A stretch of 64,000 nucleotides of DNA from an uncultured Bacteroidales bacterium (GCA_903875045.1 CAIQUS010000069.1:14083-78082); one strand, 5' to 3'; shown: positions 1 to 9,898, counted from the stretch's first letter. Program-made: numbers and translations. Notes: generated from the sequence alone by a model not told the origin.

Positions 1-479
1 TGATTGAGGATGGAAAATTTTTGAAAATAACCGACAGGAAAAAAGAAATTTTCAAAACCTCAGGAGGGAAATTTATCGCCCCGCAGCCCATTGAACAGCG
101 GATGAAGGAATCACCCTTTATAGAACAAATCATGGTGGTTGGCGAAAATCGCAATTATGCTGCTGCATTGATTATCCCGAATTTTGAACATTTAAAAAAC
201 TGGTGCGAGGTCAAAAATATAGAATTCGGGTCGAAAGAAAAAGCGGTGACCAACCCAACCATTAATCGCAGGATCCGTAAAGATGTTGAACGGTTCAATC
301 AGGATCTTGATCAAACGGAAAAAATAAAGAAAATCAGGCTGCTGAACGCCGAATGGTCCATTGACACAGGTGAAATATCACCAACCCTGAAGCTACGTCG
401 TAAGTTTATTGTTGAAAAATACAGTAAGATTATTGACGAAACCTATCGGTCGTCGGAATACAACTACCGGGTTGAATAA
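1..479 (+). CDS. Long-chain fatty acid-CoA ligase, C-terminal part (truncated by window start)
   Basis: KITDRKKEIFKTSGGKFIAPQPIE and GEISPTLKLRR motifs of AMP-dependent acyl-CoA synthetases. Confidence 0.9.
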   Translation, partial: IEDGKFLKITDRKKEIFKTSGGKFIAPQPIEQRMKESPFIEQIMVVGENRNYAAALIIPNFEHLKNWCEVKNIEFGSKEKAVTNPTINRRIRKDVERFNQDLDQTEKIKKIRLLNAEWSIDTGEISPTLKLRRKFIVEKYSKIIDETYRSSEYNYRVE

Positions 480-481
480 TT

Positions 482-1498
482 TTAGTGCAGGATTTTAAAA
501 ATCAACTCTTTCATTAACTCCCCATCACTGGCTGAGGCGTTTTCAACCCCCTTTGCCTTAAGGTCATATTCATGAAGCAATGAGATGATCGAAATTGTTT
601 TCCCAACCGGGAAACTTCTGGCAGCCTGCTGGTAGTCTGCCACAAAGAAAGGGTTAACAGAGAGTGCGATGGCAACTGCGTTTTTTGATTTATCGGGCAG
701 AAAATGGTAAGTAAGTACTTTTGAAAAATAGGCATACAGGATTGGAATAATTTTTACCAGCGGATTTTCGCGCGGATTGGCAGCAAAATAAAAAATGATC
801 TGATTGGATTTGAGCATATCTTTCCTGGCAAGTGCTTTTTGCAGTTCAAATACATTGAAATCCTTGCTGATGCCGATGTTTTTCTCCACATAATCTTCAT
901 CGATCGCAGCACCTGCAGGGATATTGATCAACAGTTTCTGTATCTCATTGACGATCTTTCCCAGGTCGGCGCCAAGAAATTCAGTCAGAAGTGCTGCGGC
1001 TTTCGGGGTGATGGAATATTTTCGCTGGCGCAGGTAATCATTGATCCAGTCTGGAACTTTATTGTCGTAAAGCTTAGCCGATTCAAAGGGCACACCACGC
1101 TTTTCAATGGCCTTATAAAGTGCTTTACGCTTGTCAAACTTGGAATATTTGTAGCACAGGACCAGAATGGTTGAGGGCAATGGGTTCTCAACATAGGCAT
1201 GAAATTCTTCAATTTTATCCAGATCCTGCGCCTCCTTGACAATGAGCACCTGGTAATTGGCCATCATTGGAAACCGCTTGGCATAACTCATCAGGGTGAA
1301 AACATTGGAATCCTTCCCGTATGCAATGGTTTGGTTGAACTCCTTTTCCAGGTCACTAAGCACATGATGTTCAATAAAATCGGAAACGGCGTCAATAAAA
1401 TAGGATTCCTCCCCATGCAGCAGATATACAGGGTGATAGATCTGATTTTTCAGGTCGCTCATTAGATTTTCAAAACTGATGCTGTTTTTCTCAGCCAT
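482..1498 (-). CDS. holA: DNA polymerase III subunit delta
   Basis: PVYLLHGEESYFID N-terminus, AKRFPMMANYQVLIVKEAQ, ISKDFNVFELQKAL. Confidence 0.93.
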   Translation of the reverse strand: MAEKNSISFENLMSDLKNQIYHPVYLLHGEESYFIDAVSDFIEHHVLSDLEKEFNQTIAYGKDSNVFTLMSYAKRFPMMANYQVLIVKEAQDLDKIEEFHAYVENPLPSTILVLCYKYSKFDKRKALYKAIEKRGVPFESAKLYDNKVPDWINDYLRQRKYSITPKAAALLTEFLGADLGKIVNEIQKLLINIPAGAAIDEDYVEKNIGISKDFNVFELQKALARKDMLKSNQIIFYFAANPRENPLVKIIPILYAYFSKVLTYHFLPDKSKNAVAIALSVNPFFVADYQQAARSFPVGKTISIISLLHEYDLKAKGVENASASDGELMKELIFKILH

Positions 1499-1552
1499 AA
1501 GATTCAGGATCTTTTTCCATCCCCGAAAGTGAGCCCGGGGATGCCTTGGTGA

Positions 1553-2326
1553 TTAATCGAACCGGAGATGCTTTACGATAAGCTTTTTTTCGATGAGGTC
1601 TTTCATGGTCTCAACACCGATGCGCAGGTGCTCCTCAGCGAATCTGGAGGTTACCCTTTTGTCGCTGATCTGGGTTTTGATGCCCCGGCCAACCATGGGC
1701 TGATCTGAAACAAGGAGAAGCGCGCCGGTAGGGATTTCGTTTGCAAATCCAACAATAAACAGGGTAGCCGATTCCATATCAATGGCAATGGCGCGGGTTT
1801 CGCGCAATTGTTCCTTGAATTGCTCATCGTATTCCCAAACCCGTCGGTTGGTGGTATATATCGTGCCTGTCCAATAGTCTTTCCTGTGATTGTGCACCAC
1901 AGTCGACATGATTTTCTGAAGGTTAAACGCAGGTAGTGCCGGTACGCGCTCATGGAAATAATCATCAGATGTTCCATCACCACGGATGGCCGCAATCGGA
2001 ACGATCATATCGCCCACTTTGCATTTTTTCTTGAGGCCACCGCATTTTCCGAGGAATAGTGCTGCTTTCGGTCCGATGGCACTCAAAAGGTCCATAATGG
2101 TGGCGGCATTCGGGCTGCCCATACCAAAATTGATCAGGGTAATCCGTTCGTGTGTCACGCTCGGCATCGCTTTATCTTTTCCTTTGATGGGAACATTGAA
2201 CCATTCGGAAAATATTTCAAGGTAGGCGTTGAAATTTGTCAGAAGAATAAAGTCACCGAATTCTTCAAGTGCTGTTCCGGTATAGCGCGGTAACCAGTCA
2301 TCAACGATCTCTTTTTTAGTTTTCAT
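1553..2326 (-). CDS. amn: AMP nucleosidase (Bacteroidota type, PNP/UDP family)
   Basis: MKTKKEIVDDWLPRYTG start, NFGMGSPNAAT, IDMESATLF, KHLRF end. Confidence 0.9.
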   Translation of the reverse strand: MKTKKEIVDDWLPRYTGTALEEFGDFILLTNFNAYLEIFSEWFNVPIKGKDKAMPSVTHERITLINFGMGSPNAATIMDLLSAIGPKAALFLGKCGGLKKKCKVGDMIVPIAAIRGDGTSDDYFHERVPALPAFNLQKIMSTVVHNHRKDYWTGTIYTTNRRVWEYDEQFKEQLRETRAIAIDMESATLFIVGFANEIPTGALLLVSDQPMVGRGIKTQISDKRVTSRFAEEHLRIGVETMKDLIEKKLIVKHLRFD

Positions 2327-2405
2327 TAATTAAAAATTATGTTTATTTTAAATCAATTGAGTATGATGCCATGTTCGGAGATATCATCGGAAACTAATAA
2401 CATAA

Positions 2406-2987
2406 CTATCTGTATTTCATTTTAATCTTGAGCTCTTCAAATACATTAAACACGATGGGACAGATAGAAGCATTTTCGATAATACCCATCAGTCTGGTTG
2501 TGAATTCTTGTTTATGAATATGAGGATAATCTTTACAATCGGTTGGTCTGCAATCATAAACCTCACATTCATTTCCCTGTAGAAACACACAAGGTAATCC
2601 TTTTAACCTTAGATCGTTAAATTCATCTGGTTCAACATATTTTTCATGAATTTCAGAGATGGTTACATCCAACTTCAAAGCTAATTCCCTGATATCGGAA
2701 TCAGTGAGTTGAGGTTGTGCTTTTCTGCAACAATTGCCGCATTCTCGGCAGCTAATATTTGCAACAACGAATTCATAAATCGGTTTAACAATTTCATCTG
2801 TCCGATCCCCGTCCTGCATTTTAAGAAACGATCTGAAATCCCAGTTCCGGGATTCATTTCGCGCGGAAATTCGTTTAATATCATTAATATCTTTGATGAG
2901 CAGATGCTTTTTCACCAGTCTTTTGTTTAAGGTCTTATTTTTTACGATAGGCAAAGCAGTTGAAGTTTTCATCATCCTTCTGGTCAT
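2406..2987 (-). CDS. YkgJ-family CxxCxxCC cysteine-cluster protein (true start probably further downstream)
   Basis: CRECGNCC and PCVFLQGNECEVYDCRPTDCKDYP motifs. Confidence 0.8.
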   Translation of the reverse strand: MTRRMMKTSTALPIVKNKTLNKRLVKKHLLIKDINDIKRISARNESRNWDFRSFLKMQDGDRTDEIVKPIYEFVVANISCRECGNCCRKAQPQLTDSDIRELALKLDVTISEIHEKYVEPDEFNDLRLKGLPCVFLQGNECEVYDCRPTDCKDYPHIHKQEFTTRLMGIIENASICPIVFNVFEELKIKMKYR

Positions 2988-3417
2988 GACGTGTTAATGT
3001 ACATAATATTTCCTCTTCGGGATTATCAACATTCTGACAAGTTATGCAAAGAGCAGGTTTCGGGATCAAATCAACATTTATTTCATAACCGTCATCAGTA
3101 AAGAATCCGGAAATTTTGGTTTTATCCATGTCATCGATATGCCTTTTGCCTTTATTGCTCTCTTTTTTCTTTATTGCGGAGTCAATCTCATAATCATCGG
3201 TTGGGTAACTTTCTCCTGTGATGCAGGTAAAGCAACCGTTTCCGGCAATAGCTGATCCAATTACCCAAATTGCAGCTCCACAAGAGCAAGTTATTCCATT
3301 GTTATAATTAGTTAATGCACTCTGTAAGCCTTTTCGTAATTCATTTTCATTAAAAGTCGGATTACTTTTCAAATAAACTTTCACATATTGATCGATTGAA
3401 ATCGGTATAAATCCCAT
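2935..3417 (-). CDS. Hypothetical Cys-rich (putative metal-binding) protein
   Basis: 160 aa ORF with CSCG..CFTC and CITC..C..C clusters; AT-rich. Confidence 0.7.
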   Translation of the reverse strand: MGFIPISIDQYVKVYLKSNPTFNENELRKGLQSALTNYNNGITCSCGAAIWVIGSAIAGNGCFTCITGESYPTDDYEIDSAIKKKESNKGKRHIDDMDKTKISGFFTDDGYEINVDLIPKPALCITCQNVDNPEEEILCTLTRHDQKDDENFNCFAYRKK

Positions 3418-3560
3418 GTCAATTGTTTTAGGTTAGCAATCAGTTTAGTTCTCATTTACTTGTCGGAGGAATTGTTTTCTATACTGTCATAATATTGCTT
3501 GACTAATGAGTCCCCTCCGAAAAGTCGTTTATTCATCAAATCACCATTTAAAAAATTGTT

Positions 3561-3601
3561 AAACCGCAAAGAACACAAAGAAAACGCAAAGAGCCGCAGA
3601 G
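3561..3601 (+). repeat. CGCAAAG/CGCAGAG spaced repeat cluster (4 units)
   Basis: aaaccgcaaag aa cacaaag aaaa cgcaaag agc cgcagag. Confidence 0.7.
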
Positions 3602-3695
3602 ATAACACCTTGCAGCTAAGGCCTGTGCGTTTATTTTGGGATCGTGCCACGATCCCGGTGTTGCTGAGTAAAGGCTTTAGCTGCATATTGGCACC
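3601..3695 (-). other. attC-like imperfect hairpin downstream of lipoprotein gene
   Basis: Minus strand: TGCCAAT..TGCAGCTAAAGCCT..GGGATCGTGGCACGATCCC..AGGCCTTAGCTGCA..GTTATC; arms match 13/14 with an inner palindrome. Confidence 0.45.
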
Positions 3696-3708
3696 AGTTT
3701 GATTTCAA

Positions 3709-4218
3709 TTAACAAGTGTTTACAATGTAAAATGTCAGAAACCATTTTTCATTAATCTTTTCAAAACCAATTTGAAACAGAAGCCCTACTTCTTTCCTTG
3801 TATTCTCGAAATAAAACCTATCCTTATCTAAATAAATTAAATTACTGTCATTGGGATTGTTGAAATCCTTCCTGAAATCCCAGGTATAATTATTCCAATT
3901 TTTCTTTGTCAAGACTATTGTCGAATCACATTCAGCAATAACAGCTATGATCGGAAAATTTATATGCTCTTTTTGAAAGTTTGAATCTGATATAAATTTC
4001 TCATAGAATTCAATAAATTCTTTCGGCAAGGAATCAATTGAACGATATAACTTTGAATCCACTTTAAACCAAATTTCCTTGTTCTCAATTTTCTCCCAAA
4101 TTTTTGTTGATTGAGAATCATGTTTTAAAGTGTCCATCCCTTTTTTATCATTTTCTTTACTCCTACCCCCGCATGAATAAAGAAGGAAAATTATCAGGAT
4201 GAACTTTAGCTTACTCAT
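3709..4218 (-). CDS. Putative lipoprotein, DUF4348-like
   Basis: Lipobox LLYSC; EFIEFYEKFISDSNFQKEHINFPI resembles the DUF4348 core; very AT-rich. Confidence 0.7.
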   Translation of the reverse strand: MSKLKFILIIFLLYSCGGRSKENDKKGMDTLKHDSQSTKIWEKIENKEIWFKVDSKLYRSIDSLPKEFIEFYEKFISDSNFQKEHINFPIIAVIAECDSTIVLTKKNWNNYTWDFRKDFNNPNDSNLIYLDKDRFYFENTRKEVGLLFQIGFEKINEKWFLTFYIVNTC

Positions 4219-4256
4219 GTTTCTTCAAATTGCTGCCAACTCGCAGATAACTATAA

Positions 4257-4298
4257 CTTTGCGGAACTCTGCGAAAAAGCACTGCAGAACTCTGCGGT
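4257..4298 (-). repeat. CGCAAAG/CGCAGAG repeat cluster, inverted relative to 3561-3601
   Basis: ctttgcg gaa ctctgcg aaaaag cactgca gaa ctctgcg on + strand. Confidence 0.7.
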
Positions 4299-4402
4299 AA
4301 AAATATTTGTTATCAGACTTATCGGAGTGTCCTCACTATTTATGTTTTCGAAAGTCGTACATCAACCTACAGCAAAGATAAATGATTTGTCAGATTTTTA
4401 TG

Positions 4403-4410
4403 TAAGTTTG
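4403..4410 (+). promoter_or_regulatory. Bacteroidota sigma70 -7 element
   Basis: TAAGTTTG matches TAnnTTTG just upstream of ATG 4424. Confidence 0.55.
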
Positions 4411-4423
4411 TATATTCTTCATC

Positions 4424-4888
4424 ATGGAAAAATTGAACCTGCCAGACATTGATGCCCGAACCCGTTTTGGGAAGAACGGGAAACAAGAGATTTTCGATGA
4501 AATCCGGAAGAAGTTTGTCAGGCTTACCCCGGAGGAATGGGTAAGGCAGCATTTCCTTCATTTTATGATCACTGAGCTTGGTTTCCCGGCCTCCCTGATC
4601 GTGGTGGAAGCGGCGCTGAAATACAACAATATGATGAAGCGGTTCGACATTCTAGCCTACCGCGCCGATGGGAAACCTTGTTTTGTCGTTGAGTGTAAGA
4701 GCCCGGATGTGGAAATCACTCAGGCTGTTTTTGACCAGGTGGCAATGTACAACATGACTTTAACAGTTGATTATATCGCGGTTACCAATGGAATATCACA
4801 TTATGCCTGTAAAATAGATCATGAAAAAAGAACATATTTATTTTTAAAAGATATTCCTGCTTACCATAGCCTGAATCGTAAATCGTAA
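4424..4888 (+). CDS. HsdR N-terminal domain protein (stand-alone, conserved in Bacteroidota)
   Basis: IFDEIRKKFVRLTPEEWVRQ, VECKSP, TNG motifs. Confidence 0.88.
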   Translation: MEKLNLPDIDARTRFGKNGKQEIFDEIRKKFVRLTPEEWVRQHFLHFMITELGFPASLIVVEAALKYNNMMKRFDILAYRADGKPCFVVECKSPDVEITQAVFDQVAMYNMTLTVDYIAVTNGISHYACKIDHEKRTYLFLKDIPAYHSLNRKS

Positions 4889-4906
4889 ATCAAAAATCGT
4901 AAATCG
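4874..4906 (+). repeat. Heptamer array (AATCGTA)x~5, C-form; contains the stop codon of the upstream gene
   Basis: aatcgta aatcgta aatcaaa aatcgta aatcg. Confidence 0.9.
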
Positions 4907-4915
4907 CAACCACTC

Positions 4916-6187
4916 GTGGAACTCATCGGCACCATTCCTGAAAACCTCATCAATTTTACATTGGTCGCGGTATTTTCCCTTCTGATCGGGCTATCGCAAC
5001 GCCGTATCCATAGTTTGAGCAATGAAGTTGCCCATACATTCGGGACTGACCGCACTTTTACTTTTATCGGTATCCTTGGCTTTATCCTTTATCTGCTGGG
5101 CGGGCCATCTGCCTACCTCTTCATGGGCGGGGGCCTGGTGCTTGCCATGGTAATGGGAATCTCCTATTATTATCATATCCGTGATTTAAAGGACTTCGGC
5201 GCCACCACTATTTTTGTAGCATTGATAACCTATTGTCTGGGTCCGCTGATTCTCACCCAACCACAATGGTTGGTGCTGCTCATTGTGGTCACCGTGTTGA
5301 TTTTAACGGAAATGAAAGATACTTTTGTCAACATCTCTCAAAAATTCGACCGTTATGAATTCATTACCCTGGCGAAATTTCTCATCATCGCGGGTGTTAT
5401 CCTGCCAATTCTTCCTGATGGGCCGATCCTGAAAGGATTGAGCCTCACGCCATATAAAATCTGGCTGGCGATCGTTGTGATCTCATCCATTTCCTACTGC
5501 AGTTATCTGCTGAAGAAATTCATCTTTCCCAATGCGAGCATCATACTCGCAGGAATACTTGGCGGACTCTATTCAAGTACGGCAACAACCATCATCCTGG
5601 CAAAGAAAAGCAGAAAAGAACCGCAGCATATACAACAATACATGGCCGGCATCATCTTTGCCACTGCCGTGATGTACCTCCGGATCCTTATATTGATCCT
5701 GATATTCAGCCAGCCGTTATTCGGAGCAGTATGGTTGTATTTTATTGGACTTTTTCTCTTCACAGTGATCATAGGCCTGGTCATCCTGTATTATAAGAAC
5801 AAGTCCGTGGCAAGTTTTGATCAGGAACTCCAAACCGATAAAAACCCACTTGAATTCAAAGTTGCGCTCATTTTTACAGCCATGTACATCGCCTTCACTT
5901 TCGTTACCTTCGAAGTGTTGAACCGCTATGGTACGCCAGGGTTGAATGTTCTCTCTTTTGTCGTGGGATTAACTGATATAGATCCTTTTCTGATCAACCT
6001 TTTCCAGGGCAAGTTTGGAACACCCGTGAATGCGGTAATGGTCGCGACATTTCAGGCCATCATCAGCAACAATGCGCTGAAGATGGTTTATGGGACCTTT
6101 TTTGCAGGTAAACAGGCCAGAATATACCTGATTCCGGGTTTTCTCCTTATCATTGCACTTACGATTGTGGTTATCTTTCTTGTGTAA
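4916..6187 (+). CDS. MgtC/SapB-DUF4010 family membrane protein
   Basis: FGTDRTFTFIGILG, GGLYSSTATT, GLTDIDPF; many TM segments. Confidence 0.85.
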   Translation: MELIGTIPENLINFTLVAVFSLLIGLSQRRIHSLSNEVAHTFGTDRTFTFIGILGFILYLLGGPSAYLFMGGGLVLAMVMGISYYYHIRDLKDFGATTIFVALITYCLGPLILTQPQWLVLLIVVTVLILTEMKDTFVNISQKFDRYEFITLAKFLIIAGVILPILPDGPILKGLSLTPYKIWLAIVVISSISYCSYLLKKFIFPNASIILAGILGGLYSSTATTIILAKKSRKEPQHIQQYMAGIIFATAVMYLRILILILIFSQPLFGAVWLYFIGLFLFTVIIGLVILYYKNKSVASFDQELQTDKNPLEFKVALIFTAMYIAFTFVTFEVLNRYGTPGLNVLSFVVGLTDIDPFLINLFQGKFGTPVNAVMVATFQAIISNNALKMVYGTFFAGKQARIYLIPGFLLIIALTIVVIFLV

Positions 6188-6195
6188 TAATTCCT

Positions 6196-7089
6196 ATGAC
6201 CGACAAGTATACCTTTGCAATAAACCTGATGGATGAGTCTTTCAATCCGTATGATACAAGGAATTATGGCCTTGCCATCATAATGAGTGAAACCAGTATC
6301 GGATTTTGTACCCTCGACTTCAAGCGGAATAAGTTTCTGGGATTGCATCGTTGTGTCAGGAATGAGGTGCCGCCACAGGAAGGCCGGGAAAGCCAGATAC
6401 CCTCCTTCAGGGAATTTCTGGATGGTGTGTGTACAACCATTCCATGGTTGAAGAATTCTTTTAAGCAGGTGAAAATTGCATATCATGGCAAAAATTCTAC
6501 ACTCGTCCCGGCATTGCTGTTTGATCCGGAGGCCCGTGAGCAGTACCTGAAATTCAATTTCACACCGAACCAGGATGATTTAATTTTGAGTGACCATTTG
6601 ATGCCTCTCGATGCATACCAGGTATTTACCGTGCCTGAACGAATGATGGAAGCGGCAAAACATATCTTTCCAAAGAGCAAAATTGTTCATTTTTCAAGTC
6701 TCCTGATCGAAAGTGTGTGGATTAGCTATAAAAACCGGATCAATTCGCCCCATGTGTTTTTGCATCTCCGTGAACAACTTGTTGATATCATGATCTTTGA
6801 CGGGCGTCAAATGAACTATTTCAATACATTCACGTTTCAAAGTCCGGAAGATGTGGTTTACTACCTGATTTTTGTCATGGAGCAGCTGAATTTCAATCCT
6901 GAAATGATCCCACTTGTCCTGTTGGGAGATGTTGCAACAGGAGAGGGCCTGAGTGAACTGTTACTCAGGTACGTAAGGCACATCGAAACAGGCAGAAGGA
7001 ATGAATCTTACCGGTATAGTTATATTCTGAACCAGGTGCCTTCCCATACTTTATTTCCACTGCTAAATTTTTTCTCATGCGGATTGTAA
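6196..7089 (+). CDS. DUF3822 family protein
   Basis: STLVPALLFD, FNTFTFQSPEDVVYYLIFVMEQL; directly upstream of rsmD as usual in the phylum. Confidence 0.8.
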   Translation: MTDKYTFAINLMDESFNPYDTRNYGLAIIMSETSIGFCTLDFKRNKFLGLHRCVRNEVPPQEGRESQIPSFREFLDGVCTTIPWLKNSFKQVKIAYHGKNSTLVPALLFDPEAREQYLKFNFTPNQDDLILSDHLMPLDAYQVFTVPERMMEAAKHIFPKSKIVHFSSLLIESVWISYKNRINSPHVFLHLREQLVDIMIFDGRQMNYFNTFTFQSPEDVVYYLIFVMEQLNFNPEMIPLVLLGDVATGEGLSELLLRYVRHIETGRRNESYRYSYILNQVPSHTLFPLLNFFSCGL

Positions 7090-7622
7090 GCGGCAAATAC
7101 AGGGGACGCCGGCTAACCCCACCTGTAAATCTCCCGGTCAGGCCAACGACTGATTTTGCAAAGGAGGGGTTGTTCAATGTGCTCAATAACCTAATTGATT
7201 TTGAATCGATCAAAGTTCTTGACCTGTTTGCAGGTACGGGAAGTATCGCATTTGAGTTTTTGTCAAGGGGCGCCATCGAAGTTACTGCAATCGATTCAAA
7301 TCACAGGTGTGTCGACTTTATAAAAAAGACTGCGGAAACTTTTGGTGCAGAGAATTTAAAAGTGGTAAAATCAAATGGTTTTGTGTTCATAAAGAGGATG
7401 GTAGCCACGTATGACCTGGTATTCGCAGATCCTCCTTATGACCTTGATGGCATTGAATCGCTTCCCGATCTGATCTTTTTATCAAGCCTGCTTGCAGATG
7501 ATGGAATGTTTATTCTTGAACATTCCACAAGCTATAAATTCGAGAAGCATCCCCAATTTGATTCACACAGGAATTACGGAAGCGTTAATTTCAGCTTTTT
7601 TAAGCGAAGGAATAATGAATAA
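7077..7622 (+). CDS. rsmD: 16S rRNA (guanine-966-N2) methyltransferase
   Basis: MRIVSGKYRGR, RPTTDFAKEGLFN, LDLFAGTG, DPPY. Confidence 0.93.
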   Translation: MRIVSGKYRGRRLTPPVNLPVRPTTDFAKEGLFNVLNNLIDFESIKVLDLFAGTGSIAFEFLSRGAIEVTAIDSNHRCVDFIKKTAETFGAENLKVVKSNGFVFIKRMVATYDLVFADPPYDLDGIESLPDLIFLSSLLADDGMFILEHSTSYKFEKHPQFDSHRNYGSVNFSFFKRRNNE

Positions 7623-7641
7623 ACCAGCCGGTTTCAATTGA

Positions 7642-7863
7642 TCAATATTCATCTTCGTGAAAGAAGAAATCTTCCTTGGTTGGATAGTCAGGCCAGATAT
7701 CTTCGATTCGATCGTACGATTCACCTTCGTCTTCGATCTCCCTTAAATTTTCAATTACCTCCTGTGGCGCGCCTGATCGGATCGCCCAATCGACCAGTTC
7801 CTCCCTGGTGGCAGGCCAGGGAGCGTCTTCCAATTTTGAGGCCAATTCGAGTGTCCAGTACAT
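7642..7863 (-). CDS. DUF2795 domain protein
   Basis: MYWTLELASKLEDAPWPAT..DIWPDYPT..FFF..DEY, highly conserved in Bacteroidota. Confidence 0.92.
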   Translation of the reverse strand: MYWTLELASKLEDAPWPATREELVDWAIRSGAPQEVIENLREIEDEGESYDRIEDIWPDYPTKEDFFFHEDEY

Positions 7864-7921
7864 TTGTTGTGTTTTTGAATTTCGTGCAAAAGTATAAAAA
7901 AATAAATCAGAAAGTCAAGTG

Positions 7922-8482
7922 TTATTTTTTAGAAATCCAGGGGGTTTCAATTGCTCCTGAATCCTGACCTGTTTTTCGTGCAAGAACAAACAGATAGTCC
8001 GATAAACGGTTAAGCAACCGAATTATTATATCCTCTATCGGGGTAACCATATTTAACCTGATCAGTGACCGTTCAGCACGACGGCAAACAGTACGTGCAA
8101 TGTGGCAATAAGAGACGATTGGATGTCCGCCTGGCAGGATAAAATTTGAAAGTGCCGGCAGATGTTCGTTCATCGCGTCAATCTCTGTTTCCAGGATAAG
8201 GATGTCACTTTCATGAAGGGAAGGTAAAACACGTGTCTGCTTTTCCGGGTCCCTCGCAATCAGGGCTTCAGCAACAAACAAATTTTCCTGGATGCGGATC
8301 AGCACATTCTTGTAATGGATATCAATATCCTGATCGCGGATTAATCCGATAAATGAGTTCAGCTCATCGATATTACCATAAGCTTCAACTCGTTCATGGC
8401 TCTTTGAAACGCGGGTACCACCCAAAAGGGAGGTTTCCCCTTTGTCGCCCCCTTTGGTATATATTTTAAACTCATCGGCCAT
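7922..8482 (-). CDS. Cob(I)alamin adenosyltransferase, PduO type
   Basis: KIYTKGGDKGETSL, YGNIDELNS, ARTVCRRAER, LNRLSDYLF. Confidence 0.93.
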   Translation of the reverse strand: MADEFKIYTKGGDKGETSLLGGTRVSKSHERVEAYGNIDELNSFIGLIRDQDIDIHYKNVLIRIQENLFVAEALIARDPEKQTRVLPSLHESDILILETEIDAMNEHLPALSNFILPGGHPIVSYCHIARTVCRRAERSLIRLNMVTPIEDIIIRLLNRLSDYLFVLARKTGQDSGAIETPWISKK

Positions 8483-8516
8483 AAGATAGTGAAAATGAAG
8501 TTTTTGAAAAAAAGAA

Positions 8517-8657
8517 CAAATGTAGAAAAAAAATAGTGAACAGGATGGGAAATTGTGAAAAAAGTGGACGGGTGGACAAGTGGGCGAGTGGACGAGTAGA
8601 CGTGTAACTCATCAGCAGTAGCAAATTTTGGAGTGGACGTCAATTTTACTATCTTTG
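8517..8657. promoter_or_regulatory. Divergent -7 promoter elements
   Basis: TACATTTG on minus strand (8517-8524) and TATCTTTG on plus strand (8650-8657). Confidence 0.55.
8563..8602 (+). repeat. Octamer array (AGTGGACG)x5, G-form
   Basis: agtggacg ggtggaca agtgggcg agtggacg agtagacg. Confidence 0.9.
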
Positions 8658-8673
8658 TACAAAACACGGTATA

Positions 8674-9212
8674 TGCATGGTAATTTTGATCATCCGGTTC
8701 TTTTTCATCTTGTGGGCGGTTTTTTTCGGTTTCTCTTTGTCTTCGGAGGCGCTTTTTTCCTGTTGTGGTACTATCTTAAGCAGACAAAAAAAACTGATCC
8801 GGTAGTTGTGAACAACCACGACCATGAAACGATATTGCCATTGCGGCTGCAGGCTTATGAACGATTTGTTCTTTTCCTTGAGCGTATTCACCCATCGAAC
8901 CTGATGCTCCGGCTTAACAACAGTGATCTGTCGGCCAAACAACTTCAATCCTTGCTTGTACGCACTATCCGCGAGGAGTTTGAATATAACCTTTCCCAGC
9001 AGTTGTATGTCTCAGGTAATTCATGGGAACTGATTAAAAATGCCAAAGAAGAGACCATTGCCATGATAAACCATGCCTCATCAGGGTTGCCGGATGAGGC
9101 ACCATCAGCTGATTTGGTCAAGATGGTGTTTGAAGTGGCGATCTCCAAAGGGAAGTTGCCGGTTGAAACAGCTCTAGAGGAGATAAAAAATGAATTGCAA
9201 CGGTTATTCTGA
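8674..9212 (+). CDS. Conserved Bacteroidota membrane-anchored hypothetical protein
   Basis: N-terminal TM, LPLRLQAYER..LFLERI..IREEFEYNLSQQLYVS; ATG 8674 lies after the promoter. Confidence 0.8.
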
Positions 9213-9219
9213 TCGCCGG

Positions 9220-9837
9220 TTACTTTCCAAACCGGTAAGCTAGGGATAATGCGGCCGAATTGTTGCTGAAACCAAAGCCAAACGAAGAAGTTGTATTTTC
9301 ATAGGTTTGAATGTCTGTGACATTTTTCAGCTTCCCGTATGAATACTGGATTCCAGGTGTGATTTCCGCTCCAATAACCAGATGATCGGCTATGGTATAA
9401 GTTACTCCGATTACCAAATTGATCAATGGTGTGAGATACCATTCAGTTTTTTCAAAATCATTGTACTTTGATTTGGCCTTCTGCTTATTGTAATTAAAGT
9501 TGCAGCCTGCCTCCAGTCCCCAGATAAAATCCAACCTTTCAACAACCGGCACCTGTTTTTCAAACCCCAGCCTGAAGCCGGCTCCAAAGTTTTGAGTTTT
9601 ATAATCCAGTGAATCCTCAGGTCTGCCCCATTCAGCATTTTTCCCAATGTTCAGGGAGAGGAGACTCAGTCTCAACAGTGTTTTTTCACTGCCGGTTTTG
9701 TAATCCAGTCCAAAGGAGTTGAGACTACTGAAATTGATGCCAACCTGGTGGACGGCAGGAGTTGTTTTTTCCTGTGCTGAAACCCCGGAGGCAATAAAAC
9801 TGAATGCCATGCAAAGGTAAAGAAGTTGCTTTTTCAT
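9220..9837 (-). CDS. Outer-membrane beta-barrel protein
   Basis: Signal peptide, amphipathic strands, C-terminal LAYRF. Confidence 0.7.
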   Translation of the reverse strand: MKKQLLYLCMAFSFIASGVSAQEKTTPAVHQVGINFSSLNSFGLDYKTGSEKTLLRLSLLSLNIGKNAEWGRPEDSLDYKTQNFGAGFRLGFEKQVPVVERLDFIWGLEAGCNFNYNKQKAKSKYNDFEKTEWYLTPLINLVIGVTYTIADHLVIGAEITPGIQYSYGKLKNVTDIQTYENTTSSFGFGFSNNSAALSLAYRFGK

Positions 9838-9898
9838 GTTTTTTGGGTTAGGTTTAATTAAGAACGGGATCAGATTGGACTAAATTGTGTTTGCGGGA

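Noticed and set aside
4424-4888. Type I restriction-modification system
   Set aside because: Stand-alone HsdR N-terminal domain with no hsdM, hsdS or helicase domain.
8359-8667. 102-aa minus-strand ORF
   Set aside because: Spans promoters and the octamer array and overlaps the adenosyltransferase out of frame.
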